The notes under the pieces are model-generated. The model saw nothing but the letters and a program-made list of their open reading frames with translations. It had not been told where the DNA came from and did not search any database. The translations under genes and the position numbers were made by a program. From an uncultured beta proteobacterium (lineage in GTDB: Bacteria > Pseudomonadota > Gammaproteobacteria > Burkholderiales > SG8-39): DNA of 64,000 bases. Position 1 is the first letter of the stretch; the number at the start of each line of letters is the position of its first letter. Of this stretch, positions 50,681 to 58,728 are shown piece by piece. The stretch lies in the NCBI GenBank assembly GCA_963827595.1, contig CAWHBT010000016.1, positions 172,803 through 236,802 on the forward strand, read 5' to 3'.

Positions 50681-50845
50681 ATGATCTACTGGGCAGCTGT
50701 CTTTCTCGTGATCGGCCTGATCGCCGCCGTGTTCGGATTCACCGGGCTCGCCGGCACCGCGGTGAACATCGCCTGGATCCTGTTCGTCATCGGTCTGATC
50801 CTCGCCGTCGTCTTCTTCGTCATGGGTCGCCGACCGCCGGTCTAG
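50681..50845 (+). CDS. DUF1328 (UPF0391/YtjA) small membrane protein
   Basis: Not in the track (54 aa). SD AGGAGG. MIYWAAVFLVIGLIAAVFGFTGLAGTAVNIAWILFVIGLILAVVFFVMGRRPPV. Confidence 0.8.
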   Translation: MIYWAAVFLVIGLIAAVFGFTGLAGTAVNIAWILFVIGLILAVVFFVMGRRPPV

Positions 50846-50868
50846 CGGCAACGCCCAATCCGAGGTCC

Positions 50869-50900
50869 CGCCCCGGCCGGGTCCGTCTCCGGCCGGGGCG
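50869..50900. terminator. 12-bp GC hairpin between convergent genes
   Basis: CGCCCCGGCCGG-gtccgtct-CCGGCCGGGGCG. No T tract, so a bidirectional terminator is a possibility only. Confidence 0.4.
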
Positions 50901-50946
50901 AGCGCTTCCGGCGTCGGTCGCGCGCTTCGCGCGCCGGCGCACACCG

Positions 50947-50977
50947 GTAACAGCTACACCAGCGCTGCAGTTCCTAC
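50947..50977. promoter_or_regulatory. orphan pair of GTAAC-N2-yTAC-type motifs
   Basis: GTAACAGCTAC (50947) and GCAGTTCCTAC (50967), centres 20 bp apart. The second 11-mer is identical to 51971-51981 upstream of rpoN. No promoter was found at the usual distance. Confidence 0.3.
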
Positions 50978-51423
50978 AGGGGTTGTACAGCGACCGGGCG
51001 CCGCTGGCGCACCGCGCGATCGCGCGCCGCGCGCAACGTGCCGAGACAAGCGAGCAGGTGCTCGAGCTCGTGGGCGATGACCTGCTGCATCGCGGGCGGC
51101 AGCGGGCGTTCGAGCGCATCGCAGTAGGCATAGAGCACCACCGATTCCCGCCGCTCACTCTGCTCGAGGATCGCCACGTCGTCGGGCGGAGCGACCCGGG
51201 GCCTCGGTTCGGCGTGGGTGCCCCGACCCGGCGCGAGACTCCGTTCGTCGGCGAGCGTGCGCAGCGCCGCGGTCGCCCGGCCGTAGCGCAGGGCGCGATC
51301 GAGCAGCACCACGCGGGCTTCTTCGCCGCGCACCTCGCTGGCGGCGACGTGGAACGCCGCCTCGCCGTCGCTGGTCGCGTCGATCAGGCCGTCGAGGTAG
51401 TCGTCGATCTCGCGGTCGGTCAT
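50974..51423 (-). CDS. DUF2383 / PA2169-family four-helix-bundle (ferritin-like) protein
   Basis: 149 aa from MTDREIDDYLDGLIDATSDGEAAFHVAA. Second-half DDVAILEQSERRES...YCDALERPLP matches the family pattern as I recall it. Confidence 0.55.
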   Translation of the reverse strand: MTDREIDDYLDGLIDATSDGEAAFHVAASEVRGEEARVVLLDRALRYGRATAALRTLADERSLAPGRGTHAEPRPRVAPPDDVAILEQSERRESVVLYAYCDALERPLPPAMQQVIAHELEHLLACLGTLRAARDRAVRQRRPVAVQPL

Positions 51424-51458
51424 GGCACTGCCCACGAAGCGGGAGTTGGTTGTTTCGA

Positions 51459-51474
51459 AGCATCCGACGTGCCC
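51459..51474 (-). promoter_or_regulatory. putative sigma54 promoter
   Basis: Minus strand 5'-GGGCACGTCGGATGCT-3'. The -12 GC is 37 nt before ATG 51423. Confidence 0.5.
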
Positions 51475-51486
51475 ACGCGAAACGTC

Positions 51487-51502
51487 GGGCACACCGTTTG
51501 CC
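51487..51502 (+). promoter_or_regulatory. putative sigma54 promoter, back-to-back with 51459-51474
   Basis: 5'-GGGCACACCGTTTGCC-3', exact GGCAC-N5-TTGC. It points into a CCG-rich tract and the small ORF at 51785. Confidence 0.45.
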
Positions 51503-51784
51503 GCGATCGAATTACCGACCGGCCACTTCATCCCCGTGCACACCGAACCACCCGTTCCGCCGCCGCCGAACCGCGACCCTGAACCGCCGCGCCCGCCGGT
51601 GCCCCCGGACACGCCCTACCCCGGCCGGCCGATCGACGACCCGCCGCCGGATCGCCCGGCCGATCCGCCGCCGCCGATCATCGCCGCGCCAGTAGCGCGT
51701 CTCGTTGGCACAGGCCTTGCTCGAAGTCCTTGGTCGGGCGCCGCGCGTTGGGCGGCTGGCGCCGAGCTGGAAGGCGACTCCGCG

Positions 51785-51958
51785 ATGCGACTTCTCGACC
51801 CCAGATTCCGCTACGTGCCCGCGGCGAAAACCGACGTGCTCGCGACGTGGCGGCGCTTTGGTTTCCGTCCGATCACCGACTCCGAGCGCCGCGCGCGTCA
51901 GCGCGCGGTTGCGCCCGGGGCGAGTATTTCTCCGCGGCGATGGGCGATATCGCCCTGA
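51785..51958 (+). CDS. possible 57-aa protein
   Basis: MRLLDPRFRYVPAAKTDVLATWRRFGFRPITDSERRARQRA... The first ~40 codons have good GC3, but the SD is weak and the gene is uncertain. Confidence 0.3.
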   Translation: MRLLDPRFRYVPAAKTDVLATWRRFGFRPITDSERRARQRAVAPGASISPRRWAISP

Positions 51959-51970
51959 CGGGCCAGGCGC

Positions 51971-52000
51971 GCAGTTCCTACCTCCGTCGGTAAGTTCTTC
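51971..52000. promoter_or_regulatory. paired candidate activator sites upstream of rpoN
   Basis: GCAGTTCCTAC (51971) and GTAAGTTCTTC-GCG (51990). Centres are 19 bp apart, 61 and 42 bp upstream of the 52037 GG. Confidence 0.35.
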
Positions 52001-52035
52001 GCGCGATTCCGACACCACCGGCGTCGCAGCACGAC

Positions 52036-52051
52036 GGGCACGGGCCTTGCA
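52036..52051 (+). promoter_or_regulatory. putative sigma54 -24/-12 promoter in front of rpoN itself
   Basis: 5'-GGGCACGGGCCTTGCA-3', exact GGCAC-N5-TTGCA. The -12 GC is 73 nt before ATG 52123. Confidence 0.6.
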
Positions 52052-52122
52052 GGGTACGTAAGGAACCGCGCCGCCGATGTGCGGCGATGCGCCCTGACGA
52101 CCCGGGCAACAGGAGGACACGG

Positions 52123-53565
52123 ATGGGTCAGACCATGGAGCTGCGGCTGCGGCAGCACCTCACGCTCACGCCACAGCTGCAGCAGGCGCTGCGGCTGCTG
52201 CAGCTCTCCGCGCTCGAGTTCGAGCAGGAGATGCGGGAAGCGCTCGACACCAATCCGTTTCTCGAGGACGAGGAGGACGCAGCCCGCGTCAACGGGTCGG
52301 GCTCCGAACCGGCGACGGCGCCGGCGGAAGCTGCCCCTCCCGATTCGGGCGACGTCGCGCCCGCGCCGTCGGAGGCTCCGGACACGCTGCCCGGGATCGA
52401 CGGCCTGCCGCGGAACGCGAACGCGCACGACGGCGACGACACCGACTGGACCGAGTGGTCGGAGGCGCAGCTCACGCTGCGCGACCATCTCCGCCGGCAG
52501 CTCCTGCTCTCGCCGATGGGCGAGCGGGACCGGGGACTCGCGCACCTGGTGATCGACGCGCTGGACGCCGACGGCTATCTCAAGCTGAGCTTCGACGAGC
52601 TCGCGGCGCTGGTGCCGGCGGAGCACGACGTCGAGCCCGACGATCTCGCCGCCGCGCTGCGGCTGGTGCAGACGCTCGAGCCGACGGGCGTCGGCGCGCG
52701 GTCGCTCCAGGAATGCCTGCTGCTCCAGCTGCAGGCGCTGCCGGAGGGGACGACCGGCCGGCCCATCGCCCTCGCGCTCGTCGGCGAGCACATCGCGCTG
52801 CTCGCGGCGCGCGAGTTCGTGCGCCTGCAACAGCTGCTCGGTTGCAGCGACTCCGATCTGCACGTGGCGCGCAACCTGATCCGCTCGTTGAACCCGAAGC
52901 CGGGAGACCGGTACGGCCCGGACGACACGCGCTACGTCGTGCCGGACGTCATCGTGAGCAAAGTCCGCAACCGCTGGACCGCGACCATCAATCCGGCGGT
53001 CCAGCCGCGGATCCGCATCAACCGCGCCTACGCCGACCTGGTCGGTGCCCGCGCCACCGGCGGCCAGCAAATGTCGCGGCAGCTCCAGGAGGCGCGGTGG
53101 CTGATCCGCAACATGCAGCAGCGGTTCGTCACCATCCAGCGGGTCGCCGATGCGATCGTCGCGAAGCAGCGCAACTTCTTCGAGTACGGCGAAGTGGCGA
53201 TGAAGCCGCTCGGCCTGAAGCACATCGCCGCCCAGCTCGGGCTGCACGAGTCCACGGTCTGCCGGGTCACGAACGGCAAGTACATGGCGACCGCGCGCGG
53301 GCTGTTCGAGTTCAAGCGGTTCTTCTCGCGGCAGCTTGCGACCGACAACGGCGGCGCCTGCTCGGCAACGGCCATCCGTGCGCTGCTCAAGGAGCTGATC
53401 GCCAGCGAGCGGCCGGCGAATCCGCTGTCGGACGCCCAGCTCGCACGCCTGCTCGCCGGCCAGGGACTGCACGTGGCGCGGCGGACGGTGACCAAGTACC
53501 GGACGCTCATGCGGGTGCCGAGCGTCGAGCTGCGGCGCGCGTCGGCGCGCACCGCGGCGGCGTAG
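52123..53565 (+). CDS. rpoN: RNA polymerase sigma-54 factor
   Basis: SD AGGAGG. Region I MELRLRQHLTLTPQLQQALRLLQLSALEF, an acidic linker, a core-binding domain, the HTH HESTVCRVTNGKYM and the RpoN box ARRTVTKYR. Confidence 0.92.
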   Translation: MGQTMELRLRQHLTLTPQLQQALRLLQLSALEFEQEMREALDTNPFLEDEEDAARVNGSGSEPATAPAEAAPPDSGDVAPAPSEAPDTLPGIDGLPRNANAHDGDDTDWTEWSEAQLTLRDHLRRQLLLSPMGERDRGLAHLVIDALDADGYLKLSFDELAALVPAEHDVEPDDLAAALRLVQTLEPTGVGARSLQECLLLQLQALPEGTTGRPIALALVGEHIALLAAREFVRLQQLLGCSDSDLHVARNLIRSLNPKPGDRYGPDDTRYVVPDVIVSKVRNRWTATINPAVQPRIRINRAYADLVGARATGGQQMSRQLQEARWLIRNMQQRFVTIQRVADAIVAKQRNFFEYGEVAMKPLGLKHIAAQLGLHESTVCRVTNGKYMATARGLFEFKRFFSRQLATDNGGACSATAIRALLKELIASERPANPLSDAQLARLLAGQGLHVARRTVTKYRTLMRVPSVELRRASARTAAA

Positions 53566-53587
53566 GGCGCGCCCGACGGAGACGCCG

Positions 53588-54154
53588 ATGGCCAAGCTCG
53601 TGGTGGGACGGTTCGACAACATCGACGACGTGAAGCGCGTCCTCGACGCGCTGCCGCGGGCGGGATTCACGCGCGCGGAGTTCGGCACCTTCTACGCCGC
53701 GCCGCCCGGCCAGCACCAGCTCTATCCGATCGGCGGCGACGCGTACAGCGATGAGGGTGCGCGGGACGCCGGCAAGGGCGCGGCGACCGGCGCCGCGGTG
53801 GGGGGCGCCGCCGGCCTAGCGCTCGGGGCGTTCGCCGCTGCGGCACTGCCCTTCGCGGGGATCGCGGCAGCGCTGGCCGCGGCCGGAATCGGCGCGTACA
53901 CCGGCTCGCTCATGGGCGCGTTGTCCCGGACGCACGCACCGGATGCGCATGCGGCGACGACCGAGCACCCGGTGGAGCAGCCAGGCGGCCCGCGCGTCGC
54001 GGTCAACGTCGACCGGCCCGGGACCGAGCCGGTGGCCATCGACCTGCTCGAGCGGTACGGAGCGAAAGACTTCAGCCGCGCCGAAGGCGAGTGGCACGCG
54101 CGCGCCTGGCTGGACTACGACCCGCGCGTCGACGAGGCCGACGAAACGATCTGA
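53588..54154 (+). CDS. hypothetical membrane protein (YflT/GSP17M-like N-terminal domain plus glycine-zipper helices)
   Basis: MAKLVVGRFDNIDDVKRVLDALPRAGF resembles the general-stress-protein-17M fold opening. The central GAATGAAVGGAAGLALGAFAAAALPFAGIAAALAAAGIGAYTG is TM/glycine-zipper. It starts 22 nt after the rpoN stop. Confidence 0.45.
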   Translation: MAKLVVGRFDNIDDVKRVLDALPRAGFTRAEFGTFYAAPPGQHQLYPIGGDAYSDEGARDAGKGAATGAAVGGAAGLALGAFAAAALPFAGIAAALAAAGIGAYTGSLMGALSRTHAPDAHAATTEHPVEQPGGPRVAVNVDRPGTEPVAIDLLERYGAKDFSRAEGEWHARAWLDYDPRVDEADETI

Positions 54155-54164
54155 GCACCCCTGC

Positions 54165-55208
54165 ATGCCCGCCCCCCTCACGCGTCGACCGCGCCACGCT
54201 CCGCGCTTCTCCAGCACGTACCTCCTCGCCTTGGCGTTCGCGGGCGCTGGCGTAGCGGGGTCGGTGGCGCAAGTACCGGCCCCGCCGCCACGCCCCACTG
54301 ACGCCGAAATCCTGGCTTCGATCGTCGCAGTCGGCGTGCGTGCGGTCGCGCATGCGCGCAACTCGCATGGGCAGGGGCGCGAACGCGAGGGGACCGGCAT
54401 CGTGATCGAGCCGGGCGGTCACGTCCTCACCAGTGCGCTCCTCGTGCAGGAGGCCGATTCGATCGTCGTCACCACGGCGGACGCCCGGAGCGTGCGTGCC
54501 GCCGTTGCAGCCACGGACGAGACGACGGGTGTCGCGATCCTCCGTCCGGCGGAAGGTCTCGGCGTCCGGCCGATGCCGCTCGGCGCGTCGGCCGAGCTCA
54601 AGATCCCCGCGGCGGTCACGGTCGCTGCCGCGGGCCGGGCCCGCCGGATCGCGATCGCCACCGTCGTCGCGCAACGCGAGTTCGCCGGCCACTGGGAGTT
54701 CCTGGTGGACGACGCGCTGTTCACGACCCCGGGCGTGCCGCAGCCGGACGGCGCAGCGCTCGTCGACGGGAGCGGCAAGCTGGTCGGCGTGGGCTGCCTG
54801 CTCCTCGCCGACGTCCGTGGGATCGCCGCGACAGCGACCACGGCCAATCTATTCATCCCGGTGGAGCATTTTCAGTCTGCGCTCGCCAAGCTCACCCCCG
54901 CCGGCGGCAATCGGCTGGCGCGCCGTCCCTGGCTCGGCCTGGTCATGGACAAGTCCGGCGATGAGCTCACCATCACCAAGGTGCCGCCCGGCAGTCCCGC
55001 GGAACGTGCCGGACTACGCATCGGTGACGTGGTGACCGCAGTGAACGGGAACCTCGTCGTTACGCGTGCCGTGCTGTACCGCCGCCTTTGGCGGGAACAC
55101 CCGGGAGCGGACATCGTGCTCACGATCCGTCGCGACGGCGCACCGCACGAGGTGCGGCTGCGCGCGATGGACCAGCAGGACTACCTGATCCACCGCGCGC
55201 AGCTGTAA
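54165..55208 (+). CDS. trypsin-like (S1C/DegP-type) domain plus PDZ protein with a degenerate catalytic triad
   Basis: 347 aa with a signal/TM segment. Fold markers are GTGIVIEPGGHVLTSALLV, DETTGVAILR and FTTPGVPQPDGAALVDGSGKLVGVG, then the PDZ LGLVMD...ITKVPPGSPAERAGLRIGDVVTAVNG. The positions aligning to His (TNAHV) and Ser (GNSGGP) read TSALL and QPDGAA. Confidence 0.7.
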   Translation: MPAPLTRRPRHAPRFSSTYLLALAFAGAGVAGSVAQVPAPPPRPTDAEILASIVAVGVRAVAHARNSHGQGREREGTGIVIEPGGHVLTSALLVQEADSIVVTTADARSVRAAVAATDETTGVAILRPAEGLGVRPMPLGASAELKIPAAVTVAAAGRARRIAIATVVAQREFAGHWEFLVDDALFTTPGVPQPDGAALVDGSGKLVGVGCLLLADVRGIAATATTANLFIPVEHFQSALAKLTPAGGNRLARRPWLGLVMDKSGDELTITKVPPGSPAERAGLRIGDVVTAVNGNLVVTRAVLYRRLWREHPGADIVLTIRRDGAPHEVRLRAMDQQDYLIHRAQL

Positions 55209-55249
55209 GCCGCGCGCGCAGCAGGCGACGGCGGGCGCCGCCGCCCGGC

Positions 55250-55576
55250 CTATTTCGCCGGCGCCGAGTGCGCTTCGGCGCTCTGGTCGCGACCGCCCTG
55301 CGGCGGCGCAGCGCCCGGCGCCTGCTTCACGTTGTTCGGCATGTTGGTATCGCTGACGCGGCCGGCCGACTGTGGGGGCCGCTCGCGGCGATACCGCTCG
55401 GCGACCCGGTCCTGGGCTTGCTCGAGCAGCTCCTTCTGGCGTTGCAGCTGCGCTTCCTCCTGCACGCGCTTCTCCTGCTGCGCGGCAAGTTCCTGCGGCG
55501 TCGGTGGAGGGAGCTTGGCGTCAGCGATCGGCGCGGACAGTGCGGCCGCGACCACGAACAGGCAGGCGAGCTTCAT
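55250..55576 (-). CDS. secreted hypothetical 108-aa protein (Gln/Glu-rich coiled segment)
   Basis: SD GGAGA. Signal peptide MKLACLFVVAAALSAPIADA|K, then PQELAAQQEKRVQEEAQLQRQKELLEQAQDRV. Confidence 0.5.
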   Translation of the reverse strand: MKLACLFVVAAALSAPIADAKLPPPTPQELAAQQEKRVQEEAQLQRQKELLEQAQDRVAERYRRERPPQSAGRVSDTNMPNNVKQAPGAAPPQGGRDQSAEAHSAPAK

Positions 55577-55608
55577 GGGGTTCTCCGGAAGGTCGATACC
55601 GCTTCCGG

Positions 55609-55624
55609 TGCAAGCGGCGTGCCG
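55609..55624 (-). promoter_or_regulatory. putative sigma54 -24/-12 promoter
   Basis: Minus strand 5'-CGGCACGCCGCTTGCA-3', exact GGCAC-N5-TTGCA. The -12 GC is 34 nt before ATG 55576. Confidence 0.65.
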
Positions 55625-55656
55625 GGGGGCCCGCCGTCGTGCGTCGTTGAGACCGC

Positions 55657-55947
55657 CTAGTCCGCGCCCGCGAAGTCCCAGGTGACGCCGCGGCTCGCCG
55701 TGGTGCAGGTGACGACCCGGTTGCCGATCTCGAGCCGAACGACGAAGCCGCTCCCGTCGCTGAGGTAACTGGGTTTGTCGACGCTCACGATGCGGCCGAA
55801 CGCTCGGCCCTCCCGAGCGTCGGGATCCGTCACCCAGACCCGGCGCCCCGGGGTGATTTTGTCGTTGGCCACCGCAGCGCCGCCCCTCCGGCGCACCGGA
55901 CCAGCTGGGTTGTGCCCTCCCTGGGCGCAGCTGGGCCGAGGCACCAT
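55657..55947 (-). CDS. small hypothetical protein (start uncertain; the 71-aa version from GTG 55872 is preferred)
   Basis: VANDKITPGRRVWVTDPDAREGRAFGRIVSVDK...VVRLEIGNRVVTCTTASRGVTWDF. High GC3 and a beta-rich look. SD-like GGAGGGG lies 12 nt before the GTG. No family recognised. Confidence 0.35.
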   Translation of the reverse strand: MVPRPSCAQGGHNPAGPVRRRGGAAVANDKITPGRRVWVTDPDAREGRAFGRIVSVDKPSYLSDGSGFVVRLEIGNRVVTCTTASRGVTWDFAGAD

Positions 55948-55979
55948 AGCCCGGGGGAGGGGTGGGGTCAATAGGCGGT

Positions 55980-55995
55980 AGGCACGCGGCTTGCA
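55980..55995 (+). promoter_or_regulatory. putative sigma54 -24/-12 promoter
   Basis: 5'-AGGCACGCGGCTTGCA-3', exact GGCAC-N5-TTGCA. The -12 GC is 36 nt before ATG 56030. Confidence 0.65.
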
Positions 55996-56029
55996 GGTCG
56001 TTGCGGAACCCCGCCAAGGAGAGCCCGCC

Positions 56030-56581
56030 ATGTCCAAACAGCCGTTCCTGACCGACATCAAAACCATCCGCGCCCGCGCCCGCCGCCACATCGAGGAGGG
56101 CGCAGTGACCGAGAACTACGGTGCCGACAAGCCCACCGTGCTGCGGCTGCTGAACGAGGCGCTCGCCACCGAGATCGTCTGCACGCTGCGCTACAAGCGC
56201 CACTACTTCATGGCGAAGGGCCTCACCTCGGCGGGGGTCGCCGCGGAGTTTCTCGAGCACGCCAAGGAGGAGGAAGGCCACGCCGACCAGTTCGCCGAGC
56301 GGATCGTCCAGCTCGGCGGCGAGCCGAACTTCGACCCCGAGGGGCTCACCACCCGCAGCCACGCGGAGTACATCGAGGGCAAGTCGCTCGTCGACATGAT
56401 CCGCGAGGACCTCGTGGCCGAGCGGGTGGCGATCGAGAGCTACCGCGACATGATCCGCTACGTTGGCGAGGGCGACCCGACGACGCGGCGGCTGCTCGAG
56501 GACGTGCTCGCGGTCGAAGAGGAGCACGCCGAGGACCTGGTCACCCTCATCGAGGGGATCGGCCGGAAGCAGAACGGTTGA
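56030..56581 (+). CDS. ferritin-like / bacterioferritin-family protein
   Basis: SD AAGGAGAG. LLNEALATEIVCTLRYKRHYF, EHAKEEEGHADQFAERI and AVEEEHAEDL are di-iron ligand helices (E, ExxH x2). Confidence 0.85.
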   Translation: MSKQPFLTDIKTIRARARRHIEEGAVTENYGADKPTVLRLLNEALATEIVCTLRYKRHYFMAKGLTSAGVAAEFLEHAKEEEGHADQFAERIVQLGGEPNFDPEGLTTRSHAEYIEGKSLVDMIREDLVAERVAIESYRDMIRYVGEGDPTTRRLLEDVLAVEEEHAEDLVTLIEGIGRKQNG

Positions 56582-56652
56582 GCCGCCGCGCGGCTCAACC
56601 GGAACGTTCCGCGTTCTGCCCCAGCCCGCGACCGCCACGCGCGGCTTGCCCT

Positions 56653-57286
56653 TCAGCGGCGCGCCAGGTTCTCGGACGCGAACTCCCAGTTCAGCAGCTT
56701 CTCGACCACCGCCTTGACGTGCTTGTCCCGCTTGTTCTGGTAGTCGAGGTAGTAGGCGTGCTCCCAGACGTCGACCGTCAGCAGCGGCGTCTTGCCCTGC
56801 ACGACCGGCGTGTGCGCGTCGGGGGTCGTGACGATCTCGAGCGCGCCGCCGTTCGCGACCAGCCACGCCCAGCCGCTGCCGAAGTGCCCGGTGGCCGCGC
56901 GCCGCAAACGCCTTCATGAACGCGTCGTAGCCGCCGAGATCACGGTCGAGTAGGCGGCGCAGCGCCTCGCTCGGTTTCCCGGGCTTCGGCGTCAGGCTCT
57001 CCCAGTAGAACGCGTGGTTCAGCGCCTGACCAGCGTTGTTGAAGACTTCGGCGCGAGCCGGGTCGTCCCGGGTGCGCTTGACGATCTCCAGCAACGGCAG
57101 GCGCTCGAGGTCGGTGCCCGCGACCAGCTCGTTGAGCTTCTCGACGTAGGCGCGATGGTGCTTGCCGTGATGGAGCTCGATCGTGCGCTTCGAGATCACC
57201 GGTTCGAGCGCGTGCCTCGCCCATGGCAGGGCGGGGAGGGTGAAGGGGCCGGGCGCGGTGGCTGCGCGGGGGAGTGGAGCGTTCAT
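56653..57286 (-). pseudogene. sodB: Fe/Mn superoxide dismutase interrupted by a 1-nt insertion
   Basis: The N-terminal frame reads FTLPALPWARHALEPVISKRTIELHHGKHHRAYV...NNAGQALNHAFYW...YDAFMKAFAA. The C-terminal frame reads AATGHFGSGWAWLV...LLTVDVWEHAYYLDYQN. The shift falls in GCGGCG-C-GCGGCC near 56900, and the span is 3n+1 nt. Confidence 0.85.
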
Positions 57287-57326
57287 CGCGGAATCCTTTC
57301 GTCGGGTTGCGTGCAGTGGGTCGGGG

Positions 57327-58649
57327 TCACAGGAAGTACTCCCAGCGGCGCGCGAACCATTCGCGCGCCCGCTCGATCGGGCCACGCCGCGCCCACTCGT
57401 CGCGGGTGAGCTCGTGCGAGGCCGCGACGTCGCGCGCGAACAAGCGCTCCAGATCCCGGGCGAAGGCTTCGCCGAGGACGATGACGTCGGCCTCGTAGTT
57501 GTGGACGAAGCTGCGCCAATCGAGGTTCGTGGAGCCGACGCTGGACCAGACGCCGTCGATGACCGCGGTCTTGGCGTGCAGCAGCGCGTCGCGGCGCTCG
57601 AAGATGCGCACGCCGGCGCCGAGCAGGTCCGCGTAGTGCGAGCGGCCGGCGTAGAGCGGCGCCCAGAAGTCGCTGAACCCCGGCAGCACGAGCCGGACGT
57701 CGACGCCGCGGGCGGCGGCGCCTTTCAGCGCCGCGACTGTCGCCGCATCGGGAACGAAGTAGCCGTACGTGAGCCATACGCGGCGCTCGGACTGCTCGAC
57801 CGCGGACAACAGGGCGACGTACATTTCGCTCGCGCCCAACTCCGGGTCGCTCGTGACGAGGCGCATGGTCCAGTCGCCGCGCTCGGCGGCGCGGGGGAAG
57901 TACGCCGCTCGCGCGGGCGTCTCGCACTGCTGCTGCGCCCACGCGTCGAGGAACACGCGCTGGAACTGGGCGACGATCGGCCCGCGGGTGGCGATATGAG
58001 TGTCGCGCCAGCGGTCGTCGCTCGATGGCGCGGCCCGAGTGCTGCCGAACGACCCCGCCGAGTACACGCCGCTGATGTTGATGCCGCCGGTGAACGCGAC
58101 CTGCCCGTCGACGACCAGGATCTTGCGGTGGTCGCGGTTATTGATCTGCCAGCCCTTGGGGGCCTTCAGCGGATTGACGGGGTTGAACTCGCAGACGGCG
58201 ATGCCGGCGGACCGGAGACCCTCGAAGAACGCCTTCGGCGTCCGCATCGAGCCGACGCCGTCGTACAGGACGTTCACCTGCACGCCCTGGCGACGCTTGC
58301 GGACCAGCAGGTCGGCGAGGCGCTCGCCGACGCCGTCCGCGTCCAGAATGTAGGTCTGCAGGTTGACGTGGTTCCGCGCGCGTCGGATGGCGTCGAACAT
58401 CGCCCGGTGAGTCGCCGGGCCGTCGACGAGCAGCCGCCCTTCGTTGCCTCGCACGAGCGGGGCGTCGAGGGCATGCTCGACCTCCGCCAGATGACGGGCG
58501 AGGAGATCGGAGGTTCCTTCGCGCTCGAGCTCCCGCGCGACCGCGGCCGCCCGTTGCGCCGGCAGCGCGCCGTCCGCGCCGACGACCTGGACCGGTCGTG
58601 CCTCGGGCGCCGGCCGGGCGCCGGCTGGAGCGCCGGCAACCCCGCGCAA
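57327..58649 (-). CDS. phospholipase D-family cardiolipin synthase (ClsB-like, two HKD motifs)
   Basis: HRKILVVDGQVAFTGGINIS and HAKTAVIDGVWSSVGSTNLD. The track start is a TTG. An ATG at 58696 in another frame encodes a lipoprotein-type signal peptide (MRVRHVLVAIGLAAAAC), so a further frameshift near 58600-58650 is possible. Confidence 0.8.
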   Translation of the reverse strand: MRGVAGAPAGARPAPEARPVQVVGADGALPAQRAAAVARELEREGTSDLLARHLAEVEHALDAPLVRGNEGRLLVDGPATHRAMFDAIRRARNHVNLQTYILDADGVGERLADLLVRKRRQGVQVNVLYDGVGSMRTPKAFFEGLRSAGIAVCEFNPVNPLKAPKGWQINNRDHRKILVVDGQVAFTGGINISGVYSAGSFGSTRAAPSSDDRWRDTHIATRGPIVAQFQRVFLDAWAQQQCETPARAAYFPRAAERGDWTMRLVTSDPELGASEMYVALLSAVEQSERRVWLTYGYFVPDAATVAALKGAAARGVDVRLVLPGFSDFWAPLYAGRSHYADLLGAGVRIFERRDALLHAKTAVIDGVWSSVGSTNLDWRSFVHNYEADVIVLGEAFARDLERLFARDVAASHELTRDEWARRGPIERAREWFARRWEYFL

Positions 58650-58728
58650 GCCGCGGCGGCAAGGCCGATGGCGACGAGAACGTGTCGAACGCGCACGGCC
58701 CGCCGCCGCGTGAGTCAGCAGCGTCGCG

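Noticed and set aside
50974-51612. Gly-rich N-terminal extension (MSGGTGGRGGSGSRFGGGGTGGS...) of the DUF2383 ORF.
   Set aside because: It is the antisense reading of the CCG-rich tract. The family domain starts at MTDREIDD (ATG 51423), and the putative promoter lies inside the extension.
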